Source of the DNA: Microbotryum violaceum
Lineage: Eukaryota
Assembly (NCBI GenBank): GCA_001244265.2
Contig: CDLV01000004.1
Location: 3,100,001-3,164,000 of the forward strand
Reading direction: 5' to 3'
DNA: 64,000 bases
Shown: positions 10,273-29,620 of the stretch, piece by piece
How the letters are laid out: every line of letters begins with the position of its first letter
Numbering within the stretch: the first letter of the stretch is position 1
Translations under genes and position numbers: made by a program
The notes under the pieces: generated by a model
Seen by the model: the letters and a program-made list of their open reading frames with translations, nothing else
What the model was told of the DNA's origin: nothing
The model's database searches: none

Positions 10273-13200
10273 GCAGGGTCCTTCAAAGCGATCAAAAAGC
10301 TTGGCGGATTTGCGTTGTCCCGTCTTAAATCGAAGTTGACGGTCACGGGTATCCACCATAACAAGATCTCCCACCGCAATTTCCGGTTCTGGCCGGCAAT
10401 GCCGATTAACCTGCTCCACTTGTCGTACCTTGGCCGCAGCCAACGCATCCCGCACCTCCACCAGTACTGCCTTCCGCTCGGCTATCAGGTCTTTTGCTGC
10501 ATGCACTTTGGGCAGGTTGGGTCGATTGAGAGATGTTGGCAACAAACTAGGCAAACGGCCTAGCACCACTTCGAACGGCGACTTCTTTGTCAAGGCGTTG
10601 ATTGCGAATTTGATGCTACCCAAATGTCGGACCCAATCGTTCTGCTGGTGGTTGACCACGGCTCGCAAGGCCTGAATGGCGGTCTTATTGGTGCGCTCGC
10701 TGCGGCCGTCGGTTTCAGGGTCGAACGATGTAGACATGGCGAGCCAAGTGCCCATCAGCTTGTGGTACGCGCGCCAGAAGTACGATGTAAACAGCTTATC
10801 CCGATCGGAGACCATACGTATTGGTGGGCCGAAGAAGCGGTGCCATCCCTTGTGAAAGCGCTTGGCGATGTCCTTTGCGGTATCCGCGGCCCTGCTTGGT
10901 ATCAAGCGCGTGTAACCTGACAAACGATCGGTGATGGTGAGGAGCATGTCGAATCCCTGGCTCTTGGGCAAGGGGCCCACAAAATCGAGGGCCACCTCCT
11001 GCATCGGCTCGTTCGGCACCCCCAAGGCATGTGACACGCCCGACGGCACTGTGGTGGCTGCCTTGGTCCGTTGGCATAGATCGCATGTTGAAACGTAGGC
11101 TTCGCACGAAGAACGCAGGCCCGGCCAGAAGAAAGTCCGCGACACTTGCTGGAAGGTCTTGCGCGGGCGGAAGTGTCCGAGCGCATCGTGGGCATCGTGT
11201 AAAACGTCCTCCCGAAGCGGTGGCACCGCAGGTATGACCATCCTTCCCTCAAAATAGAGCACCCCATCCACACAAGAGAACCATGGCGACGAATCGAGAT
11301 TGCGCTTGACCTGCTGGCAGAAGGGATCGGCTTCATAACCTTCTACCACCCGCCTCCGTAGCTGAGTATCGACTTCCATCACCACCACCGCCCGTATCGA
11401 GTCGGCCTGTCCTTGCGGGAAAGAGTATCGGCTCATCGCGTCTGCGACGGTGTTCTCGCCTCCCGGGATGTACGTGATGTCGAAATCGTAGTCGGCAAGG
11501 CGTTCAATCCAGCGAACTTGCCGTTTTGACAGGTTCTCCTGCGTCTTTAGATATTTCAGCGATTTGTGGTCGGACAGTACATTGAAGTGGACCCCCATCA
11601 AGTTGATGCGCCACTGCCGCAACGCGTCCACCACCGCTAACAGCTCCTGTTCGTGTGTCGGGTAGTTAATCTCCGCGCTGATGTGCTGCTGAGACCAGTA
11701 CGCAACCGGATGGGCCTTACGCCAATCTTGCCCCTGAAGCAACACAGCGCCGATCCCGACATTGCTCGCGTCCGTCATTACCCAGAGTGGGTCGGCAGAG
11801 TCCGTGTGGTCGACCGGCTTGAGACACGGCAGTGAGGTGACAATTTTCTTGATCACATTGAAGTGTCTCTCTTGCTCAGCACCCCACATGAGTCGGACAT
11901 TTGCGTTCTTCGACGTTAAATCCGCCAAGGGTTTGGTATGTTGGGCCAGGCCGTTGATGAACTTGCGCAAATACTGAACGAGGCCCAGGAATCCTCGCAG
12001 CTTGGTGACAGTCCGAGGACGTGGCCACTCCAGAATACGCTCGACCTTCGGCTGATCCGCCGCAATCCCCTCGCGTGAAATGACATGTCCCAAGAAGTCG
12101 CAAGAGGTTCGGAAAAGTTCGGTCTTCTTCGGCGAACAATACAGATCTGCCCGACGCAGCGCCTCGAGTACCTCCTTGACGTGAGTCCGATGTTCCTCTG
12201 GTATTCGAGAAAATTGTGATGCCGTCGAGGTAGGCAAAACAACTCTTGCCGATGAGACTTGACAAGGCTTTGTTGACCCGGTGTTGATGCGTTGCTGGCG
12301 CGTTGGACAGACCCATTGGCATGACCACCCACTCGAAGAGTCCCCAGGGAGTTGCCACCGCGGTCTTGGGGATGTCCTCCTCGGCCATCTTCGTCTGGAA
12401 AAAACTGTTCGTCATGTCGATCTTGGACCAGAACCGCGCCCTCGCGGAGACCGCTAAGATTTGGTCCGGGAGGGGAAGCGGTGTGCGATCTGGTACCGTG
12501 GCCGCATTAAGGATCCTGTAGTCATTGACCCAGCGCGGCATGATCGCAGGGTCGGTGTCCATGCCTTTCTTGGGAATGATGAAGGCCGGTGACAAGTATT
12601 CCAAAGAGGATGGACGAAGACGACCGGCCGCAAGGTGTTTATCCAGTAACCGTCGCCACGCTGCACGCCAGCGAATTGGAGTGCCATAGGTCGGTTGCCG
12701 CGGTCTCTTCATGCCCGGCTTGAGCGAGATACGGTGACGAACCTTTGACTCGTACTGCGAGACCGGCGGGATGTCCACAGGGAACCGATCCGAAAACTCC
12801 CTGCGAAACTCCGCCTCCATTGCCCGTAGGTAAGACTCCTCCGCCTGCTGCTCTTCGAGACGAACGAGGCAGGCCCGGACGCCTGCTTAGACCGCGCTCG
12901 CCGAACGGTCGGTCAGTAGATCGATACGCTCGTCGGGTAAGGTTGGATGCGGGACCAGCACTTGACGCCTTCTACAGTCGACCAGCATATTGTGTCGCTT
13001 CAAAAACGGTCGCCCCAGTACCAGTTTCAAGGACGTCAACGGCGCGACCTTCAAAATGACGTGTTGAGTAGACCATCGGTCGTTCAAGGTACAAAGTGGC
13101 ACACACATGAATTCAGCGACGAGATGCGAGACCCTGTGACTTTGAATTGCAACACTAACAGATGTGGGTACCTGAAGCTTCCTCCGTGTCAACCTTAGTT

Positions 13201-13432
13201 TATCCACCTCCTTATCTGCGATGAAAGAAGCGGAAGCACCCGTGTCAACTAGAGCTCGCAAAACAGGTCCATCATCGTTTGTGAGCTTCACAGGGAGGAA
13301 AATGGGTTCGCACCTCTCCTCATCCATGCCGTTGTCGTATTCGTCGTCGCGTAGGCAGTGTAGCTGCTCGCGCTCGTCGTCCACTCCCTCCTCGATGTCG
13401 GTCATGGAAACGACCTGCTCCGAAGACACGGG

Positions 13433-13807
<375 letters not shown>

Positions 13808-14071
13808 ACGGGACCTTGTCGCCAACCCGGTGGGACTTTACAAGCTGCGGTTGCCCAAGTGGTGCACGTGTCACTCAGGTGGCCAGCATTGATCTTTCGG
13901 CACTTGAAGCAGCCCCGGTTGCTCTTGAGGAAAGCACGCTCATGGTCAGTCATCGGCGGTGGTCGGATTTCGGAAGGCAACGGCGGCGGCGTAGACGGTG
14001 AGACGGTAGTGCGCAGCGATTTGATAGTGTGTGACGTGTGCGTAGGGCGGACAATCTTTGCTGAGGCTTGA

Positions 14072-19466
<5,395 letters not shown>

Positions 19467-20270
19467 CTCTTACGGGCCGCCGTTTGGGCAACAAATGGAT
19501 TTGCGCGCCCCCCGGGGCCTCCGCGCGCCCCGCCGAACGCTTCTGCGCGTCCGCGACTCGTCTAGCCTCGTTCATGCGCGGCACACGTGAGCTCACGCGC
19601 GACACTCGCGCGGACTTGCGCGGCCGCCTTCTTCCACACACACCGCCCCCACGTCAACCTTGTCCAGTTATTCCCTGCTTTCATAACGACTCTGTTTCAC
19701 TTAACAGCCTTCAACTGCTATCATGAGAGAGTTAGATGGCATCATTCCGACTTGGGAGAGGGAGTTGGCCGCCAAGGGTGCAGGTACGTTGCAAGCTGGG
19801 AGCTCTTTGTCGAGTCTTTGAGCCCTCCTGATTCAGGCTGGATCAGATGCAGAGGTTCTTCCAATGCTGATATTTGATACATTTGCTTCTGAGTTTTGGG
19901 AACAGCGACCTTCACGCTGCACCAGCACCGCTCGCTACGTCACCTCAACGGAACGTCGTCGCTAGACGGAGCATATACGATTTGGGCATGCTCGATGTAT
20001 AATCAAGTTCTCAAGTCGTACGACAAAGCAGGACAGGGTGCAATTCAGGACACGTTGCCCTCCAAAACAGGTTGATCCGTCTGATTGATGGAACCACGGA
20101 CCTCTCGTCATGGGCCAATCGAGCCTAGCACCTTCAAGCTCAGGAGGCAGAACCACACCTCAAGAATCGCTCTCTCGCCTTTGCGAAAGAAAGGTACTGT
20201 CACCCCTCTCGCTGCAAAGCTCCCTCCTTCACGACACACTCAGTCGCCGCGCACGTCCCTCAAGTCAGCC

Positions 20271-23200
20271 ATGAGCAACGCCAACAACCCGCATCCGGAG
20301 GCATTGCCTTCTTCCGCAGAAGCAACTATCTCACCCTCTAACCACCCGCATCCAAACCTCATTTGTGAGTCAAAGCATTCAGAGTAGCTGGGCGTCCCCA
20401 GCGCCGGCCGACTGTCTAGCTTGCGTGCTCACCTTGCGTTCTCCAGTCCGTGGCAGCGGCGCTGAGTTTTTCAACCCTCCGCCAGCTCTTGCCGCCCACT
20501 TTCCCGCCCCATTCATCAGTTCTTTTTGCAGACGCCTGCTCCGTACCCCACCCCGAACTTATGATCCTGCCCACGCACCACTCGGATATTCCCACCCTGG
20601 ACCCAATTACATCCCGTATTTACCTCCTCCACATCAACCCTATGCCCCCCCTCAGCCGTACCATCCCATGATGCATCATCAATACGACCTATCTCTTCTC
20701 CAGTCATTTACGTCCCACCGACATCCACCACTCCGCTCAGCAAATATTATGAATCAGCCTCCGTTTGTGCCGCACCCGATCGCCCAACACCCCGTGCCCA
20801 ACACGCACATCCCCTCCCAACTCGACTTAATGGGTCCGGATTCCCAACTGGCCAACCACCACGCGACCGCCCTTGCCCTTGCTACTGTTCCTCCATCAGC
20901 TTCCTCGACTGCATCCCCTTTACTAGCGCGCCCAGCCGTTCCCAGTCAGTCTCAGCATGCGGCCGCACCCGTCACTGCCGAGTACGCCTCGACTTCGCCG
21001 TCTTCGCAGGCTTTCCCAAGGCCACTCCCTATCCCAGTACTTCAATCTTCTGAGCATTCATCGCAAGCAGCACCGCATCTTCAATCGCGACCCCAATTGG
21101 CTGAATCTACTCCGTGGCGAAACTCTGTTCCCGCTGACAATCCGAATCCGAGGCCGAATCACGCGCCTCAGAACCCCCAGCCCTTCTTCGATAATATACG
21201 TGATCGCGTGACTCGGCCGATACCTGGACGTACCTCCGGCTCCACTAGCGCCAATCGAGGCCCGAGGGTTGCCGCATCGTCGCGCTTTCCAATCGAATCA
21301 ATCCAACCGCCCCAGTTGATACAATGCAACAGTTGTACGACGATTTCACAGCGTAGTGCAAGGGCAGGCCGTCTCAAGAACAAGCCAATCTGCTCCTGAC
21401 TGATGCGCGCTTTAAAGGCCTTTTGTTCCACGGACGGGTTTCCCAACTGTCTGACCCTCAGGCAAAGCCTTCGGGCAGGAGTGGTTGCGATGCTACACCC
21501 CTATTCCTAGCCAATGTGAGTGCGCCGCTATGACATACTTCTTTGATGCTTACAATTAGTTCCCTGATGTCTTATTACGCCAACAGTCCGATGAAGACAA
21601 CGACGGCAACGGAGCGAGCCCGGTTCTTTTTCCTAGGTCTGGGTTTGACATAATCGTCAACATGGAGTGCGCATCCAAGGCCCCGGTCAGAATTCCGAAG
21701 CATGGGACCACCGATCGTGAGGCAATGACTGCCGTTGCCGTAATTACTGAGTCTTTGCCAGCGTTGGCCGTGAGTCATTTGCTACACCTTTATGGAAAAC
21801 ATTCATAATCCTTTTGTTGTAGTACTGACATCCTTGCACTTTTGACAGTTTCATCTTGACCGAGCGGCGTTCAATTTGGGAAGGGATTGCACTCGTTTGC
21901 AGGACTACTTCATCGTTGCCAGGACTTCGTCCGAGCGGATCGAGGGGAAGTCGTGCTTCGTCTCTAGAGACAACGCGAATCTTAAGCCTCTTTCTCTTTT
22001 CCCACACAAGAGCTCGGCAGAAGCCTCGGAGCTGGCGACCATCCTGTCTCACAGGCCAATCACCTTTGGGGAGCCAAATAATAAGCGTCGTGTCTTGGCG
22101 TTGTGTGAGCCACGTCATTCAGGACTGGACTACATCATGGTAGCAAGAGCCACTAAACTGATTCAGCTTTTCTTTCATCCTTCTTGCCAGACCCGACGGC
22201 ACAGCAGCACATGTTTGGAATAGGTTTTCCCTTCAGTGCACTCAATATGACGGTATGTCACGCTACAACCGCAGTAATTTATAGTACCAGTCCACTGCAG
22301 ACACTAATGGGATGTCCCTGTTCTCTGTCACAGCCCGGCGACTGCTATGCTCCAGACGGCGGCAACGGCGGCAACGGCAACAATGGCATCAACGGCAACA
22401 ACGGCAACAACGACGATGACAATCCGATGTGTGCATCTTTGTTGCATCCTCCTTCCACCAACACCTCAAATGATCGTGATCGGGAGCCCACAGCTCTTTC
22501 ATCAGACCGAGACCTAGCCCAAGGTGTCACCAACCACTCTCGTGCTGGGAATTCAGCGGACCCTATCGCGCAAGCAAGCACTGATTTTGACCTTGAAGCC
22601 GACATGGATGATCTGTTGCCTCCATTTGGTTCCACTGGCCGGGGAGAAATACTAGAGGATCACAACCAATCAAGGACTCGCCGCCGAGCTCGGAGCCATG
22701 ACTCGCCTTCCATAAAGTCGAGCCACTCTTCAGAGTTGGAGGACACCGACAGTTCCGAGGATGACCAGTATTCGTATCCTCGTCGCCAACGCCCGCGCCA
22801 TCGGAGTCCAAGTCTCATGCGCTCAACTTCCCCTTCCGGAGACCGTCAAGCAGGTAGTCGTGTGATCGCCGCGTCGGAGAGTGTTACCACAATCACGCAC
22901 TTAGGCAATGCTTCTTCTGTTCGTCAACTCGAGGTTTGTGATCCAGGTTTGTGATCCATGTGTAAGCCATCTAGGCTGACATGTGAATGCGACTACTTTT
23001 CACAGTTGCCTGCGATGCCTCTGCGCGACGGCGGTCATAGCGACCGTGAGTGGGTGGCTTTTTCGGATTGTCTGCGAGCCAATGTGAAACGCACCCGCCG
23101 GGAATCTGAACCCCACATCTCAACACTCTCACACTGCTTTCATTACACCTCTCCAACACAAGAACTCAACTCGCAGCATCTCTTCAATGAGTTCAGGAAA

Positions 23201-24833
23201 TGGCTCTCGAAAATCTCGACCGTGGACATCGTCTCGAAGCAATCCCGATTCACCGCGGCGTGGGAGTGAGTGCTCGCATCATGTCTGCATACCGCTCAGC
23301 TCTGTGACACCTAACTCACTGAAATCTTCTTTCGGTGTCCCTGGTATCCAGATCGATGAAGACTTGAGTATGACCTGTGGTTCCGCACCTTTGTTGCACC
23401 TCATCAATGGAACCCTCACAGCCATCTTCCATCTTCCGACAACGTCTTCAACCCCTCACTCGTTGGGTCCACGGCGCGGAAGGATGGAAAAGAGGGTAGC
23501 ACATTGCTCGACGTTTTTAATGACGACCTGCCGGCCGAAATTTGGAATCAAGAATGCATTGGGGAGCGGATGCAAGAGGTACTCCGACTCCTTGCCCTGG
23601 CCTTGGTTCACCTCGAGACGTGGCGCGATCACATCTACCCGCACATGAATTTGTGAGTGTGCAACATCATCAAGTTTGTCCCCTTTCAACAACGAATTGA
23701 CCGCCCACACTGGCGCCTCTTTGCTCACTCTGTTGCAGGTTCCTTCTTGATGCCGCAGCTCAGAGCGCCACAAGCTCAGAGGACTCATTCACAATCGATG
23801 GCCTGATCGAGTGGGTCTGTCCCCATCTTTTGGCCCGGGTCTGCCACATTTTGCGCACCCATCCCACATTGGTCAAAGACATGGATCAATACACGCGAAT
23901 TCAAGTTCTTGGACTCTACGGCAGGGCCAAGTTCACAAATCTGGTGCGTCTCAGACTCGGCTGGTGTTGACTGCGTCGTGTATTTCTTCAATCGTGCTAA
24001 CACCACTCCATGGACGCTTCCAGGGTGAGAGCGAAGTATCGGAGAAAGACCGGACTCTCTTAGAAGAGTCTCGAGCAAATCGTTCACTTCTTGGGAATTT
24101 GTATCGGAATCGTGTTCTGGGCAAGACCGCAAAAACCCTAGCCCAGCGAACCGACATTTACTTCAGACTTTCGCGTTGTACACGAACTGTGACGGACATC
24201 CTGTTGGTATGTGCTAATCCATGGTCATCTACAGATCCCAGGCGGTTTTGGTTCTAACATGCTTATGTATCACATTGCAGGGTCTACTTTCAATGGCAGA
24301 GTCGCAGGATCTAACCCATTACGCAATGCTGTGCAATATGCGCGCCTGCAGTGGCTGCCGTCAGCCGATCGTTCTTTCAAGCTCACGAAGGAGACCTACC
24401 AAGTTGAATGGTGCGGGGCTTCTCAAGCCGGTATTGCTGGACCAAGTAGTCGACCCTACAATGCACTTGCCGCAAGAATCCGAGAAATGGGTGAGGCGGT
24501 TCTACTCAAGGCGCTCGAGTCGATGTCAAGCGAGGAGGCAGTTGGCTTTGCAAGATTGCCCACCCAACGCACGGATTTCCAGTTGCTGATCAGAATGATA
24601 ACGTCAAGGTGAGTGTCCAGTGGCTGTCTTCCTAACCCTGCTGGTCACGGAAAATTCCTGACCTACAACAGATGACTCACTCCACTCGCTGCTCTGCTCG
24701 GACTGCAGTTTGTCGTGCATTGGGAGAAGTGTGGCTGCAATGGGCTTGCCTCCCGCTCGGTAGTGCCATTGGGGCACATCTTACTTCAGGCGTGCCTGGG
24801 ACAGGTGCATTTGAGTCTGAGAACTTTGGGTGA
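20271..24833 (+). CDS. Large multi-exon hypothetical protein (Pro-rich N-terminus, Cys clusters, possible degenerate HECT-like C-terminus); likely partly decayed
   Basis: Chain of plus-strand ORFs separated by GT-AG introns with CTGAC/CTAAC branch sites, e.g. donor GTGAGT at 20364. Exon boundaries are approximate. Confidence 0.5.
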
Positions 24834-25153
24834 CCTGCTAAATACCACACCACAGGATTTCAGACCAGCTTTGGCGGCGGACGTCAAACTGGCTCTTGTT
24901 GCCTCCGCCGGAGTGGATGTGGCATTCAATGCCGGATGATGACGTGCAATTGGTGTGCAATTGGTCTGATAGCAGTCTTGATTTGTTTTATGCAATCACA
25001 TTGACCTGGAACATATGTGAATGAGTCCATAATGCGAGCGACTGAAAGGTGACCTTCAACCACCGGAATGAATGCGCAGTGCCCCAAATCCGTGAGACAC
25101 AAGATAGCTGTAACACAGAATGGGTCAATTCTGCGTGATAATTACCTCAACCA

Positions 25154-26699
25154 TCACTCAATCAGTTGCTCCATGGCATGCACACCCTCCAACCATCTGT
25201 CAACCGCTGAAGCATGCCATCGCTCCGTTATCCGCCGCTGGAGGCTTCAAGACCTTCGGGATTATTGAGAAATGGCGAGCGTTGACTGTGCAAGTCAACA
25301 TGACTTCTCACTTCCTCTCCAGACATGTTGTTGTTTGCGTTGCCCGGTTGTTCCGTCGACTCCGGAATGTGCAGGTTCTCGTCATAGATACCTCGGCCTC
25401 CGTTTTGAATACTGCCGGACCAGAAGAGTTGGTTTGGTGGATCGCTGCTCTGTGCGAAGCTTGTGGTTATTCCAAACATCTGGATACCATGCCAGGTCCT
25501 TGTTGATATCATCGAGAAATAGGAACTCCAAGAGCCACACATGTCGGGAGAGCTCGATGTTGAGGCCATGCTCGTCTTCCAGATGACGAAAGCGGTGTAG
25601 CCACGCATTGAGAACGGATTTCTTCAGGTCACGCCAGAACCTGTCAATTCGTTGGTTGTGTGGGGACCTGAAGATTGTGGGGCCGCAACATGACTACGAT
25701 CAGCGTTGGAGACAGCAACCTGGGGCCTAGGACGGGTCATGGTGCGGTGACTTACGTTCCCCAAAGGTAAGATCCGCGCCCAAGACCGCGAACGGCCTCC
25801 ATCATTGCAGCCACTTGAACGTTCTCTCCCCCCCTATCTCCTCTGACTCGAGACGGAACTCCGTAGAGTGCAATAGCGTCTTGGAAGACGCTCAGTACCG
25901 TGCTTGCCCAATTATTCGAAGATGCTCTGACCCCAGTAAGGACGCGGGAGTACCCGTCAATGAATCCATGTATGACAATGCCAAACGATATGAGCGCATG
26001 TTGGCCATCGTGATGCCACAGCGCGTTCGGCCCCGCCACATTGTACCTGCGCCTCATCACCGGGTGATTCGCATGTACGTGACGGCGAAGCGGACGCGTG
26101 CGCTGGATCGACGCTCGAAGTGCATCTCGGGGAACGTCGATACCCCGAGCCCGGAGTGCACCTCCCACTAGTATTTCGCCCAAGCTTGTTTCGTGATCGA
26201 GTATCTCCATTACGAGACGATTGAGTTCGGCATCGGGGAGGAGGGTCCGGGCCCTCGTGCGCTCGAAGGGTTGTCGCACTTTTTGATCAACGATGGCCTT
26301 TCGTATGGTCCGTCGAGAGACCCCAAACAGCTTCGCAATTTGTGTGGTACCAAGATTTTGCTCAGGAGCAGCTTGTCGTAAGAGTCCCGGGTCTACTTCA
26401 AGTTGCGGTCGGCCCCGTGCCCCACTTCGCACAGACGAGACCGGCGTGAACGTGGCTGAGACAGTCATGTCGGTGGCCGCGCTGATTTGTTCTGAAAGAG
26501 ATGATAGTAAAGAGTCGAAATGCCCAAGGTCAGTCGCCTCTTCTTGAGGATCGAAAGCACCCACTTGGATCGCTTGTTGGAACTGCGCCTCGGTTTGACG
26601 CGAGGCGCTCGTGGCACTCGAAAAGGCGATGCCGATCACCATCACAGTTCGCAAGGGCGTACAGGGCTTTCTGCACGTTTGCTGACCAGGTTGACGCAA
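25154..26699 (-). CDS. IS3/IS481-type integrase-core transposase with HTH (start uncertain)
   Basis: RGRPQL; HTH TQIAKLFGVSRRTI; NALWHHDGQH, IHGFIDGYSR, PSRVRGDRGGEN; after an intron (about 25668-25755) SPHNQRIDRFWRDL...WNNHKLR. Confidence 0.85.
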
Positions 26700-27104
26700 G
26701 TGAATGCAAGTCGATGGCCTTTCCGCGCTATTCCATGGGATAGCATCCGTCGGATCAGATGCGATGTCAGCTGTCAGGTGTTTACGAGGGAGTCCTGCCG
26801 AGCTCGAAGTTGCTCCAGCTTGGCAGTAGCTTATGTAAGCTCAGATACCTGGTTAATAGCCACTAGTAGTACGATCAAACAACTAGTACTTGAGGTCAAG
26901 CATTGGGCGATCATGTTTCTGTGGCTTTCAAAGTTGAATAACGATTCTGCTGCTGCATACCAAGACTCTTGGCCCCGACAAATAATTCTCTGGAACGAGC
27001 CCGTAGCTCTCTTCGCTTTTCGGCTTTTACTGCAAGAGTTTGACGCTGAGGACTTTAGCGCGCGCGACTTCAACACTCCCAGCCGTAAGCCGTGCCCGCA
27101 CGCA

Positions 27105-29238
27105 GGAGGACCCCCGAAAGCCCAGCCAGAGGCGGCCCGCAAATTTGGACATTTTTGGTTCAAAATGGGTCGAGGCTCACCTCATTTATGGACATTTTCC
27201 TCCCTCCGGTCAAACTTTGAAGCGCAGACCAGGGTAGCGGGAGGCTGGAGGCGCGGGGCATATATAGCCGGCCCAGCTGCGCGCGGGTAACAGTCGCGCT
27301 GTTTGCGATTTGAGCGCGTTGGTAAGTGCTGCATTTGCGATTAATCATGAGATCCTATTCGAGTCCATTTCAGTTTGACCCGCGCGACACGCCACCGACC
27401 GCGGTCGTGGCACCCAATCACTGGCACTCTATACTCTACAAAGGTGTCTACAAAGGTGTTCAAAATGCCTGTGATCATTAATATCAAACCGAGCTTTGCT
27501 CTCACCTCCGAGGAATTTGCAATCTTGAGCCCTGTTGCCGACCTACGCCTCGTTGACCTACTCGCGTACGACCTACCTGCGCCCGACGCTTCTCTCCGAC
27601 TTGCTCTATCGAAAGATGTCCCTCGACATTTTGACGCGCTGCCACGCCCCTTGAAGCAATCTATCGGAAAGTTTTCCGATCAAAGCTTTCTATCCTTGGC
27701 TTATCTCGATGGCTATCGATCTATCGCATTCGCCGTATCGGGGTCGTCGGTCAATGCGCCTTCCTCTTAATGCCTCGGCGTTATGGGCCCATCTCGACAA
27801 GGCAGAAAAAAATCGATATATCATCCACAACATTCAAGAATGGATTCCTCGATTAGCTAACGCCAACGCGATTCGGGAGCGTGAGCTTGCGAGTGCTCGT
27901 CATCACCTCACTCGCATACGTTGGACAGCTGTCGACCGCGTCAATCTTCGAGGTCGATCTACACGCCTCCAAGACTTTCTACAGATCCTCAGTGAGTTTG
28001 CATCCTCTGGGCTCATTCATGAGTCGATCTTGGATACTGATGTGGGTAGAATTTTGCGTGTGTCTGCAGGCTCCGCCTGGTACTCCGAAACACATCCGAG
28101 TCGACCGTTCGCCAAGGTGTCCCTCCGAACGTGAACGAGGCTGGTCTGAACCAAGTCCTCGATCGTCTCCGTCTTGTCGGATCGGAGCCATTACCGTGTA
28201 TTATGCGACGCCAGGAAGGCGACGCAAGGAAGGCAACGCAAGGAAGGCAACGCAAGGAAGGTGACGCGAGGAAGGCGACGCAAGGAAGGCGACGCGAGGA
28301 AGGCGACGCGAGGAAGGCGACGCGCTTCTTTCGGTGACTGCGCTTGACATTGACCAGGAAGCTCCGATGTACGTAGCTTGGTGTTTGAGAGCAACAAACG
28401 ATCACTAACAACCGTATATTGAAGCCTCAGCGATGCTGTTGATGCTGGCTTCGATCAAGCCGATGCAGAAGAAGAAGATCGACAGTTTCAAACGATCCTG
28501 CCGAAGCATGCCATGAGCATGAGCAATCCGTGAGTGAACACAATTATCGGTTGATCGATGCATTTACCGATACAGACCCGTGTTCCCAACCAGTGGGAAG
28601 CGCCCCATACCCGCGTGATCTTCTAGAGAAGGGGGCCCTCTACTCTGTCCCCACACTCGACTTGGACAGCTTGCTCGCTCGACGACGTGCACACCAATGC
28701 CGACACCTCGAGAAGATCAAGTTTAAAGGTGGCGCGCAGAACGTAGCGTCAGATCAACCTTTTGCCCAAGACCGAACCGAGCACCGCGGCAACGTGCATT
28801 CTGCCGCACTTCGACGGATAGTCGAGACAATGGGAATGGACAGGTATCGACAGTCTGTGGGGAACGAGAGGAACCTTCGCTTCAGGGGCAAATATCCGGG
28901 AGAAGACGTTGCACGAGCAAGCGACAACTGCGATCATCACCGAGGGACGATCTCACGTTAGTCGCTGATTCGTGATGTATCATGACCCAAGCTGGGGCGT
29001 GCCTTTTCTTGCGCTCACTGCCCTTGCTTGTTTTGCACCAGGAGGCCGTTCAGACGAAGACGAAGGGCGTTAACAATGATGAAGAATGAAGGTCAGCCTG
29101 GCTCATGCTCGTATTGCGGTAAGCTTTGTCAGAGCTTGGCCCATCAAGCGTGGCAGTGGATCGCGGCTGGGCGGGTGTGGAGCAGAGCGCTGGCGGCGCT
29201 CTTGGTGTGCGCGCGCGCGACCTTTCCGGCCCGCGCGC
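27105..29238 (+). mobile_element. Internally deleted, non-autonomous P-like element, copy 2
   Basis: Head motif at 27105. N-terminal homology EEFAILSPVADLRLVDLLAYD..DASLRLALSKDVP; C-terminal homology LDSLLARRRAHQCRHL...VHSAAL. Protease and transposase core are absent. Confidence 0.7.
28214..28325. repeat. 14-bp minisatellite x8
   Basis: GGAAGGCGACGCGA units; variants are mostly CGA>CAA. Confidence 0.95.
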
Positions 29239-29362
29239 GGAGGACCCCGAAAGCCCAGCCGGAGGCGCTTTTTTTTTTATTTTTATACATTTTGAGGACC
29301 CAAAATCCTGAAAATCGTCGAGGCGCATCGCAAAAAATTGACATTTAGATTTTGACATTTTC
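29239..29362 (+). repeat. Conserved head motif and subterminal repeats of P-like element copy 3
   Basis: GGAGGACCCCGAAAGCCCAGCCGGAGGCG, then CGAGGCGCAT...TTGACATTT and TTTTGACATTTT. Confidence 0.75.
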
Positions 29363-29620
29363 CCGTGAGTCGGCCCAATTTTGGCCTACCCTGAGCAGCC
29401 TACGGCATCGCTTTGGGCCCGTTTGCCTTCGCTTCGAAACGCGCTTCGCGATGCTCGCGCTTGAACAAGTCACTAGCCATTTTCGCTAATCACTTTAGTT
29501 CAGTGGCTGTTAGAGAATATTAGGGATTAGATACCCCTCTCGAGTAAGATAAAAATGACGGGGCCCCTGAGGTTCCGTTCCGCTTCACTTCGTTCTGACA
29601 CTGGAGCATAGCACGACGAA

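Larger units (their letters stand above)
19471..27100. mobile_element. Putative IS3EU-like two-gene DNA transposon (ends tentative)
   Basis: Integrase-core transposase convergent with a large second gene. Left TACGGGCCGCC has imperfect inverted matches ending at 27100 or 27141. No TSD found. Confidence 0.5.

Noticed and set aside
28214..28325. CRISPR or coding repeat
   Set aside because: Contiguous 14-bp units without spacers; an ordinary minisatellite.
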